A DNA stretch of 24,257 bases from Promethearchaeota archaeon (GTDB taxonomy: Archaea > Asgardarchaeota > Lokiarchaeia > Sigyniarchaeales > SOKP01). The stretch spans positions 1-24,257 of the forward strand of contig JBHLLU010000058.1 in the NCBI GenBank assembly GCA_048938895.1. The letters run 5' to 3'. The notes below the pieces were generated by a model. The model saw nothing but the letters and a program-made list of their open reading frames with translations. It did not search any database and was not told the origin of the DNA. The translations under genes were made by a program, and so were the position numbers. Shown here in pieces: positions 15,994 to 24,257 of the stretch. Positions within the stretch are counted from its first letter, which is position 1; each line of letters opens with the position of its first letter.

Positions 15994-18039
15994 CTACATA
16001 ATTGATTTAAGAATTTGTTTCTGACTTTCTGAACCTTTTCCTTTATCTTTAGGATTTTTCAAGTTTTTGATTGCAGACTCAATTGTTTCAAGTTTAATTG
16101 AATATTTCTCAAATAATTCCGTAAAACTGTTTATATCAATATCATTATTTTCATACAATATTTTTAATTGTTTTAAGGTTCGACCAATTCCTGCTTTATT
16201 ATTTTTTAATTCTTCGATCTTATTGGAGTTAATTGTAATTTCTGACATTAAGTTTTTGTAACGTAAATAGGCATCAAAGTTTAAATCAGATTGTTTATAT
16301 TTTGTAAGAAAGTTAGTAGTTCTTGGAACAAAGGGAGCAAGGTTTTCTGGAATTATGATCAAGGGTTCTGGATCTTGTATCTCTAAAGCCTGTGCATCAG
16401 AAATTATCTCAACATCATTTTCGATTATATTATTGTTTACAATAGATAAATTAGTCCGTAGGCTTTCTTTTTCCATATCATTGACATCCTCAAATGTGTT
16501 TAACATTGTTTCCCATATTTCCTCAGCTTTCATATAATAGTAGTTTGCTTTCTTCTGTAAATCTTCGATTTTATCTTTATTTTCATGTTCAGGTGAAATT
16601 TTTAAAAGATACTTTGCTTTTAAGTGACATGCTCTTCCAATGTCATAATTATATTGAGCTTTAAATTGAAATTCTTTTTTCTTAGTATACTTTCTTAGAA
16701 ATGCTAGTCTTTTAGTTAGGGCACTTAAGCCTGCAGACAAATTTGCTGCCATCGAGAAATTACCCTTTTTTTCTTCGCTAATAGTGGCTAAATTCTGAGC
16801 AAGTATTCGAGCTTCTTCTGAATTCAATTCAAGATTATCAACTGTTAATGCAATTCCTTTATCTTCTTGCCGAGTACAAGCAGCACTAAAATACGCTGCA
16901 GTTTTAAACATTTTACTGCATTCAACCATTGCTATTATTGCTTTTTCCCAGGAATTTTCTTCTTCAAATTTAGTAGAAAGGTAGGAATATGCTTTTGCTG
17001 AAATCCATAGTACCCTAGCACACTCAAAAATTAAATCCCATATTTTAATTTCGCTTTTTGCTATAGGGTCATAAAATAATGGAGTTATTTCTAATTCTTT
17101 AAAGATCTTTATTTGGCTTTGAGTTTTATAATTAACATTAAGGATTTTTATATATTCTAAAATATTGTTGAGTTCTGAGAAGGAAAAATCTTCATTACGT
17201 TCTAAAATAGTTTCCAACTTCTTAATGCTGAAATGGTAGAAACGGATCCTTTGCATTGTTGCTGGTGGGAAAAATGTTTGCAATTCAGGGGATTTTTCTG
17301 TATCTACTTTAACTAAATTTGCTTTTACCTCCTTTGCTTCTACTTCCTTTCTCTCTGATGGTTTTTTAGGGACTTTAATATCTATAATTGGTTTTACAAG
17401 AGGTTTAATGCTAATAGATGGTTTCTTTATCGGTTTATAAACAGGAAGAGGTTCTTCAACTTGAGTTTCTACATTTTGCTTGATTGGCGTAAATGGCTCT
17501 AATTTCTGCAGAGAACTCTTGGCGTTAAATTTTACAAATCCTAAAGGTTGAGATTGATCATTTACCTTCAAACTTGCGGTTCTACTAGCCATTTCTTCGT
17601 TCCTCATACTTTCTAAATACTTCTTTGCTATCTGAATATACTTTTCTGCTTTTGCAGTACCTATATCATTATGTTTTGATAACTCCTCAATGCTTAAAGA
17701 TGCAATTTTTTTTATGGAACTAATGGGGATTCTTTTTTTATCAGTATTAGTTGATTCAGTCTTAGTTGATTCAGTGTTAGTTTTTACTGATTTTGTGGTT
17801 TCATGTGCAGTTCCTTTGTTAATTATGTTATATACTTTTGATCTTGCATCAATCCGTTGAATATGCTTATTTGCAAACTGGATATAGGCTCTGGCTGCCG
17901 AAACTTTGATACCATCAATAACTAATAAGTCTTCTATACTTGAAGATGCTAGTTTTTCTATGGAATCAATTCCTATTTCTTTTAACTTTTGAGCGGTCCT
18001 TTTCCCAATACTTTGAGAGACGTTTAATATGGATGTCAT
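15994..18039 (-). CDS. Multidomain protein: N-terminal HhH modules, Pro/Lys linker, Bro1-like helical domain, C-terminal steadiness-box-like hairpin
   Basis: IGKRTAQKLKEIGIDSIEKLA..DLLVIDGI is an HhH module, with a partial repeat at aa 105-142. The CDS is secure; the Bro1 and SB calls are by-eye inference. Confidence 0.7.
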   Translation of the reverse strand: MTSILNVSQSIGKRTAQKLKEIGIDSIEKLASSSIEDLLVIDGIKVSAARAYIQFANKHIQRIDARSKVYNIINKGTAHETTKSVKTNTESTKTESTNTDKKRIPISSIKKIASLSIEELSKHNDIGTAKAEKYIQIAKKYLESMRNEEMASRTASLKVNDQSQPLGFVKFNAKSSLQKLEPFTPIKQNVETQVEEPLPVYKPIKKPSISIKPLVKPIIDIKVPKKPSERKEVEAKEVKANLVKVDTEKSPELQTFFPPATMQRIRFYHFSIKKLETILERNEDFSFSELNNILEYIKILNVNYKTQSQIKIFKELEITPLFYDPIAKSEIKIWDLIFECARVLWISAKAYSYLSTKFEEENSWEKAIIAMVECSKMFKTAAYFSAACTRQEDKGIALTVDNLELNSEEARILAQNLATISEEKKGNFSMAANLSAGLSALTKRLAFLRKYTKKKEFQFKAQYNYDIGRACHLKAKYLLKISPEHENKDKIEDLQKKANYYYMKAEEIWETMLNTFEDVNDMEKESLRTNLSIVNNNIIENDVEIISDAQALEIQDPEPLIIIPENLAPFVPRTTNFLTKYKQSDLNFDAYLRYKNLMSEITINSNKIEELKNNKAGIGRTLKQLKILYENNDIDINSFTELFEKYSIKLETIESAIKNLKNPKDKGKGSESQKQILKSIM

Positions 18040-18233
18040 ATGTACCTATAAATTATAATTCAATTTTTTATATAAACCTTAAGCATCATATTCTGATACA
18101 TAAGAGTATTATTTTCTTGGGAAAAAAAGGAAAATGTAAAAAATTTAAGCAATAACGAATAATTATTTCATGGTACTTCAATGACATATTGTAAATTCAT
18201 TAGAATAAAAATTACTTATATCCAAATTAATAA

Positions 18234-19205
18234 ATGAATGAGAAAGAAGAATTTAATATTGACAATTATCTACAGGATGCAAATAAAAAAGTTAAAGAAC
18301 TTGAACTTGAGAAGGAACAGCTGAATAGTAAAATCAAGAATTTTATTATTAGTTTTCAGAGTTTTGATTCTGAGATCAACAACTCTTTTATTGATGCTAG
18401 AGAGTTTTATTCTAAAAAACGAGATGAATATAATAGTAAATTAGCAGAATTAAAAAGAAAGAGATACGAATATGAACGTCATTGGAGCGATCTTACCAAA
18501 AAAATCGAAAACTTCCCAAAACCTCAATTAAATGAAAATTCTTTAGTTTTGATGGATTACACTAAAAAAGCTCTTGAAGATATTGGGAATCAGCTAAGGG
18601 TTATGAACCAAAAACTTGAAGAACAAATTTTAGGTATCGATGAAGAAAATGAAATCATTGAAAAGATTAGGAAATTCGAGTCAGAGAAAAAAGAGAAAAT
18701 GAATAACTTAGCTGTTTTAGAAAAGAAACAACTAATAGAGATACAGAGAAGTGATTACTATAATACACAAAAACAAATTCAAAAAATTGAGAATGATTTA
18801 ACATATATATACGACGATTTACTAAAATTTCTAAATAAAAGATTAATGACTCACAAGAAAACCCTTAATTTATATAAAAAAGCTAAGAAATTTGAACAAA
18901 TTAAGAAAGAAATTGAAGAAGAATTAATAGAAAATAAAACTACTGCGGAGGGATATCATCAACTTTTCTTAAAGTTAATGAATCTCAATCAAAAAGTATT
19001 ATTGGATGAATTACCAAATAAGTTAACAAGTAGAGCACGACCAAAGGAAATTAAAAGACCTGATGTAAGGGCTATTCTCAAAAGGAAAAAGAAGTACAAA
19101 AAACTCGAACAAAAAAAGTTACAAGTAGCATTAGAGAAACAAAAAGCTGGGAAAAAATTAGATTTTTATGAATATCAACTCATCCTAAAGCATTCTAAGA
19201 GATAA
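18234..19205 (+). CDS. Archaeal long coiled-coil protein (resembles COG1340-type)
   Basis: Heptad-rich throughout; KRDEYN and C-terminal K.GKKL...EYQLI recalled as typical of this family. Confidence 0.7.
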   Translation: MNEKEEFNIDNYLQDANKKVKELELEKEQLNSKIKNFIISFQSFDSEINNSFIDAREFYSKKRDEYNSKLAELKRKRYEYERHWSDLTKKIENFPKPQLNENSLVLMDYTKKALEDIGNQLRVMNQKLEEQILGIDEENEIIEKIRKFESEKKEKMNNLAVLEKKQLIEIQRSDYYNTQKQIQKIENDLTYIYDDLLKFLNKRLMTHKKTLNLYKKAKKFEQIKKEIEEELIENKTTAEGYHQLFLKLMNLNQKVLLDELPNKLTSRARPKEIKRPDVRAILKRKKKYKKLEQKKLQVALEKQKAGKKLDFYEYQLILKHSKR

Positions 19206-19237
19206 GCGAGATCCTACAAGAATCATTATTGATAAAA

Positions 19238-22200
19238 TTAAAAAACAAAAAATATCGCAGTAACAGATAATGTGAGAAAAGCTGCAACGATTACTTTCTT
19301 TAACTTACTTTTTTCTTTCTTATTTAATTTCTCATAATATCGACTTTTTGTTAATTTCACGGTAATAGGAATCATTGTTAAAACACCCGCGGTCGAGGTA
19401 ATAAAACCAATTGGATTTGATATAATTGCACTAGGTGGTTGATATTTAACCACTGTAATATCTTGGTAATTTATATTTCCAAGTGAGTCCATTGAGTAGA
19501 ATCGGATTGTAATGATAGATCCTCTAGTTAAGTTATCCCAAACGTTTTGCCATAATATTTCATCAATTTTCCCATAGATCCGGACCCCGCTAGTACCTGT
19601 AAATTGTATGGAGGACTCAGTTCCTATAATAGTATACCAACAGCTATCTATATCATTTTCGTCAAAAAGAGTAAGTTCAAAATATGGAGAATTTCTATCG
19701 ATCTTCTGATTTGTAGTTGGTAAATGTATTGTGATATTAGGTCCAATAGTATCTTTCAACAAAGTTATCATATTTAGATTATTTAGATTCCCTAATGTGT
19801 CATTAGCATAAAATTCTAATAAAAATGCTCCTTGAGGTAAAAGCATCCATATGGAAGAGTTAAGATTTTGAGTGATGTTATCTGTGATATAAATTCTTCT
19901 CGAATTAACGATATACCATATTTCGTCTAAATTAGGTTCAATAATTGTAAGATTAATAAATGGCGCCGAAGCATAATATGTTTGACTAAGAGGAGAATTT
20001 ACGATAATTAATGGTGGATCTGGGTCTTTATTGATGATTACCTCATCGTATCCGATTTTCCCAATTGAATCATTGATATAAAACCTAATTGTAACGCTTT
20101 CATATCCAAAATCACTCCATGCTGCTTGGTTTATTGTTCCACTTAATCCAGAAAAAGTATAATTCGTCAATCCATTATCTAACGTATACCAGGTGTCCTG
20201 AATATCAGAACCAGATTTATAAATTATAAAATTGGGGGCATCAATTCCGAATATTTCGTCATGTCCTGGAGAAGTGATTGTAATAACAGGTGCAAAAATA
20301 TTTTTTCTTACAGTAATATCGCTGTAACCTAAATTTCCTGCTAGATCATTTGCATTAAACCTAATAGTTACAGTTCCATTACCAAATTTATCCCATTCTG
20401 TTTGGTTGATTGTTCCAATAGTTCCTGTAAATATAAAATTCTGCGATTCACCTAGTAAAGTATACCAAGTAGTATTTAGATGAGCTTCTAAGATTGAAAT
20501 CTCAAAATCTGGAGCAACCGCTCCAAATAATTCATTTGGTTGAGGGAGACTAATATTTATCTCCGGTACATAAGTATCTTTAATCAAAGCGAGTGTTATG
20601 GAATTATTTATATTCCCAAGAGAATCCTCTGCAATAATCTGTAGTACAAACATTCCTTCTGGTATCAGAGACCAAATAAAAGGATTCATAAGCACTTCAG
20701 TGTTGTTTGGAATGTATTGTAAATAAGGAAGGAATTCGTATCTAATTGAATCCAGGTTAACATCAAAAGCTGTGATATTAAGAACTGGCCTTGAATTCCA
20801 ATATGTATTGTTTAAAGGTGAATTAATAGTAATTAAGGGTGCTAGCGTATCTTTCAATATAGTAAGTGTATAAGTATTATTTAAATTTCCAGCAGAATCA
20901 TTTGCATAAATCGAAACTTGAAATTCTCCTTGGTCTAACTCATCCCACATAGTTTGATCAAAAGCTTCAGGACCCAATTCTAAAATAAATTTAGTACCCA
21001 TTACAGAATACCATATTGTATCAAGATTTACATCGGATGCTAAAATGTTCATGAAAGGAGGATCAGAATAGTATGTATTGTTAAGTGGGGCATTAATAGT
21101 TATAAAGGGAGTTATTGTATCCTTATTAAGAGTTCTATTTACAGCTGAGCTAGTATAGCCAAAACTATCATTTGCATAAAATTCAACAGTAAAAATGCCA
21201 TCAGTTATACTATCCCATAAGGAAGATTCCAAGATTTGTTCTGAATTGTTAGCCAACTCTATTGAAGTCGTCCCTATTCTATACCAAATGGTATGGAGAT
21301 TAGGATCATCTGAAATTACTCGAAATATAGGTGGTGAATTATGATATGAATTTTCCTCTGGTAAAATTATTTCAACAATGGGAGCAAGAGTATCCTTATA
21401 TATGGTAATAAATGTATTGTTTGGATGACCGAAACTATCGAAAGCTGAAATACTTACTGTGAAAGGTCCTTGTGGGAGTGAATCCCAAATACCTTGATCA
21501 AGAAGTTCTTCTGTATTATTTTCTAACCAAAAAGTACTTCCCATTACTGTGTAAGTAAGGGAGTTAAAATTGGGGTCAAGAACAGTTATGTTAATTGGTG
21601 GTGGAGAATTATAATAAGCTTGATCAGAGGGAGTGTTTATTATTAATTGGGGCGCAAGAGTGTCTTTATAGAATGTCAAATTAAGAGGATCGTTTATGTA
21701 TCCTAGCATATCTTCAGCAAATATTTCAATCACAAACTTTCCTTGAGGAAGACTATCCCAAATAGAACTATCAAGAGTAATATCTGAATCGTTTGGTAAT
21801 GTTATATTTGTTTCCCCCACTCTATACCATATCCTCAGAAGGTTTGGTTCATATACTGATATGTGAAAACTTGGTTCCTCAGCACAATATAAACCATCCC
21901 CAGAGGGATTTATGTATGTAATCGTTATTTCAGGGGGATCAGGATCTTTTCTGATGGTAACCTCATCAAATCCTATTTTACCAAGGGAATCATTTATATA
22001 GAAGAAAATGGTGACACTCTCAAAATCAAACAAGTCCCACGCGTCTTGATCTATCGTACCACTTAAGCTATAGAACGTATAATTAGTTAATCCACCATCT
22101 AACGTATACCAAGTTGTATTTAATGCAACTCCAGATTTATAAATTGTAAAATTCGGAGCATCAACACCAAATAAATCATTATCATAGGGAGAAACTATAT

Positions 22201-24257
22201 TTATTACTGGAGCGAATATATTTTTTCGAACAGTAATCGCCCTAAAACCAAGATTGCCTAAGGTATCATTTGCATAAAACATGATCGACACCGTTCCATT
22301 ACCAAAATTGTCCCATGCAGATTGATTTATTAGACCACTTAACCCTGAAAAGGTATAATTAGTTATACCATCATCTAAAGTATACCAAGTCTGGTCTAAA
22401 TTATCTTCAATTATTGAAATAAAAAAATTTGGTGCAATATCTCCATATAATCCATTCGGTTTCGGACTATTAATCGAAATAGAAGGGCTTCTAACATCCT
22501 TATAGAGCAGTAATTTATACATATCATTTAAATTTCCAGCAGAATCGTTTGCATAAAATTGTATCTCAAATTCACCTTCTATTGACAAAAGATCCCAAAT
22601 GGCAGTATCTAATGGTTGATTAGTATTATTTGTTAGAACAACAATAGTAGTTCCTACTCGATACCATAAAGTATGAAGATAAGAATCTATAACAGTAGCT
22701 CTAATAGTTGGTGGTAATTTCCAATAGGTGTTATTATATGGGGAATTTATAACTAAATTTGGTGTTAATATATCTTTGTAGAGTGTTAGTGTGAAAGTAT
22801 CATTAATATGACCAAAAGTGTCATTCGCATAAAAGTGAACTTGAAAATCTCCTTCTCCAGGGAGAGAATTCCAAATTGATAAATTAAATTCTTCCAGGGT
22901 ATTATTTGATATTGAAACGTTAATATTGTTTACATTATACCAAATAGAATCAAAATTTGGGTCAAAAGCGGAAAGATTAAAAGATGGAGGTGAATTCCAG
23001 TAGGTATTATTTAGGGGTGTATTTATAGTTAATAGTGGTGCCATCGTGTCTTTGTATAGTGTTAAACTTAATTCAACGTAATGATCTAATTCATCATAAC
23101 ATGAGAATAAAATATGAAACTCCCCTTGATCTAAGGCATTCCATCTATTTGCCTCTAATTGAACTTCTGAGTTATTATCTAATGGATATGTATATCCAGA
23201 TATACTGTAAAATAGAAAACACTTAGTTAAATCAAAAATAGTTATATTAATTCGAGGGCGTATATTCCAGTATGTATTATTAACTGGAGTATTAAACACT
23301 AATATCGGATCCATTGTATCTTTCGTAACAGTCACGCTATTAGAACCTACATTCCCTGCGTCATCCTCAGCATAAAAAATGATTCCTACCAACCCATCTG
23401 GTTGACTATCCCACTCGGTGGAATTGATAGTGCCTGTTTCTGATATGATATAGATAGAAGTTCCAGTATTAAGCGTATACCAATATCGGTATAAATTCAC
23501 TTCAGAAATGGAAATGTCATAAACAGGCGCTTCTTCATATGCTCCTATACCTGGAGCTGTAATTGTGATCACAGGGTCCACTGTATCTTTGGTAACAGTC
23601 ATGCTATCAGAACCTATGTGTCCTGCATCATCCTCAGCATAAAAGAAAATCTCCACTGTCCCCTCTGGTTGGTTATCCCACTCAGTTGAATTGATGGTGC
23701 CTGTCTCTGATGTAATATAAAAAGGTGAACCGCCATTAAGCGTATACCAATATTGAAACAAGTTTGCTTCAGTAATGGTAATATCATAATTTGGTGCCCC
23801 ATCATACACCCCCACTACAGGAGCTGTAATTGCGATCACAGGATCCACCGTATCTTTGGTAGCAGTTACGCTATCAGATCCTATATGTCCCGCATCGTCC
23901 TCAGCGTAAAAAATGATTTCAACCAAGCCATCTGGTTGACTATCCCACTCGGTGGAATTGATAGTACCTGTTTCTGATATGATATAGATAGACGGACCAC
24001 CATTAAGCGTATACCAATATTGAAACAAGTTTGCTTCAGTAATAGAAATGTCATAACTAGGTGGTCCATCATACACCCCCACTACAGGAGCTGTAATTGC
24101 GATCACAGGATCCACCGTATCTTTGGTAACAGTCACGCTATCAGATCCTATATGTCCCGCATCGTCCTCAGCGTAAAAAATGATTTCAACCAAGCCATCT
24201 GGTTGGCTAGCCCACTCAGTGGAATTAATGTTACCTGTCTCCGATGTGATATAAATA
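19238..24257 (-). CDS. Giant surface/extracellular protein with about 18 tandem ~90-aa Ig-like repeats and a C-terminal two-TM anchor; 5' end outside the window
   Basis: The frame stays open beyond 24193 to the window edge (IYITSETGNINSTEWASQPDGLVE). Repeat pattern KDT..P.I.I.SP..WY..W..F.I.FYAND..G; many N-x-S/T sequons; two hydrophobic helices flank a basic loop at the C-terminus. Confidence 0.9.
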   Translation of the reverse strand, partial: IYITSETGNINSTEWASQPDGLVEIIFYAEDDAGHIGSDSVTVTKDTVDPVIAITAPVVGVYDGPPSYDISITEANLFQYWYTLNGGPSIYIISETGTINSTEWDSQPDGLVEIIFYAEDDAGHIGSDSVTATKDTVDPVIAITAPVVGVYDGAPNYDITITEANLFQYWYTLNGGSPFYITSETGTINSTEWDNQPEGTVEIFFYAEDDAGHIGSDSMTVTKDTVDPVITITAPGIGAYEEAPVYDISISEVNLYRYWYTLNTGTSIYIISETGTINSTEWDSQPDGLVGIIFYAEDDAGNVGSNSVTVTKDTMDPILVFNTPVNNTYWNIRPRINITIFDLTKCFLFYSISGYTYPLDNNSEVQLEANRWNALDQGEFHILFSCYDELDHYVELSLTLYKDTMAPLLTINTPLNNTYWNSPPSFNLSAFDPNFDSIWYNVNNINVSISNNTLEEFNLSIWNSLPGEGDFQVHFYANDTFGHINDTFTLTLYKDILTPNLVINSPYNNTYWKLPPTIRATVIDSYLHTLWYRVGTTIVVLTNNTNQPLDTAIWDLLSIEGEFEIQFYANDSAGNLNDMYKLLLYKDVRSPSISINSPKPNGLYGDIAPNFFISIIEDNLDQTWYTLDDGITNYTFSGLSGLINQSAWDNFGNGTVSIMFYANDTLGNLGFRAITVRKNIFAPVINIVSPYDNDLFGVDAPNFTIYKSGVALNTTWYTLDGGLTNYTFYSLSGTIDQDAWDLFDFESVTIFFYINDSLGKIGFDEVTIRKDPDPPEITITYINPSGDGLYCAEEPSFHISVYEPNLLRIWYRVGETNITLPNDSDITLDSSIWDSLPQGKFVIEIFAEDMLGYINDPLNLTFYKDTLAPQLIINTPSDQAYYNSPPPINITVLDPNFNSLTYTVMGSTFWLENNTEELLDQGIWDSLPQGPFTVSISAFDSFGHPNNTFITIYKDTLAPIVEIILPEENSYHNSPPIFRVISDDPNLHTIWYRIGTTSIELANNSEQILESSLWDSITDGIFTVEFYANDSFGYTSSAVNRTLNKDTITPFITINAPLNNTYYSDPPFMNILASDVNLDTIWYSVMGTKFILELGPEAFDQTMWDELDQGEFQVSIYANDSAGNLNNTYTLTILKDTLAPLITINSPLNNTYWNSRPVLNITAFDVNLDSIRYEFLPYLQYIPNNTEVLMNPFIWSLIPEGMFVLQIIAEDSLGNINNSITLALIKDTYVPEINISLPQPNELFGAVAPDFEISILEAHLNTTWYTLLGESQNFIFTGTIGTINQTEWDKFGNGTVTIRFNANDLAGNLGYSDITVRKNIFAPVITITSPGHDEIFGIDAPNFIIYKSGSDIQDTWYTLDNGLTNYTFSGLSGTINQAAWSDFGYESVTIRFYINDSIGKIGYDEVIINKDPDPPLIIVNSPLSQTYYASAPFINLTIIEPNLDEIWYIVNSRRIYITDNITQNLNSSIWMLLPQGAFLLEFYANDTLGNLNNLNMITLLKDTIGPNITIHLPTTNQKIDRNSPYFELTLFDENDIDSCWYTIIGTESSIQFTGTSGVRIYGKIDEILWQNVWDNLTRGSIITIRFYSMDSLGNINYQDITVVKYQPPSAIISNPIGFITSTAGVLTMIPITVKLTKSRYYEKLNKKEKSKLKKVIVAAFLTLSVTAIFFVF
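23310..24257 (-). repeat. Near-identical 267-bp intragenic tandem repeat (about 3.5 copies visible)
   Basis: GGAGCTGTAATTG recurs at 23553, 23820 and 24087; ATCATACACCCCCACTACAGG at 23801 and 24068. Confidence 0.92.

Noticed and set aside
3608-24072. Remaining short track ORFs nested in or overlapping long genes (3608, 5522, 8243, 9327, 10219, 11237, 11244, 11468, 16067, 16355, 17940, 23035, 23614, 23753, 23881)
   Set aside because: They are antisense or alternate-frame overlaps of well-supported CDSs. The similar pair 23614/23881 simply reflects the 267-bp repeat.
23310-24257. Near-identical repeats as the template/variable pair of a diversity-generating retroelement
   Set aside because: All copies are in-frame coding units, differences do not appear adenine-specific by eye, and no reverse transcriptase is in the window.

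Overview
AT-rich (roughly 30% GC by eye) archaeal chromosomal window, most consistent with an Asgard archaeon (Lokiarchaeia-like). The basis is a Rab-like small GTPase, intron-containing archaeal tRNAs without encoded CCA, BRE/TATA promoters, an F420-type LLM oxidoreductase and a giant sequon-rich repeat surface protein. In order it contains: a small ORF divergent from a tandem-wHTH/TPR regulator; a DJ-1/PfpI protein; an RHH regulator divergent from a putative operon; a MarR operon with tandem operators; LLM oxidoreductase; YhhN-like protein; Rab-like GTPase; tRNA-Thr(GGT) with a T-loop intron; tRNA-Met(CAT) with a canonical intron; a 4-TM protein; GNAT; a TM-wHTH protein; an HhH plus Bro1-like plus ESCRT-I-steadiness-box-like protein; a coiled-coil protein; and a 5'-truncated tandem-repeat surface protein. 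The putative operon opens with three related microproteins (shared K-x-[FMI]-W-x3-D-[RK]-Y motif, not resolved by the ORF track) and continues through a zinc-ribbon membrane protein, a His/Asp-repeat NfeD-like protein, an SPFH/flotillin and a beta-carbonic anhydrase. The best novelty candidates are this microprotein-led operon and the putative DNA-binding ESCRT adaptor. All family assignments are from motif recognition by eye; no searches were run.
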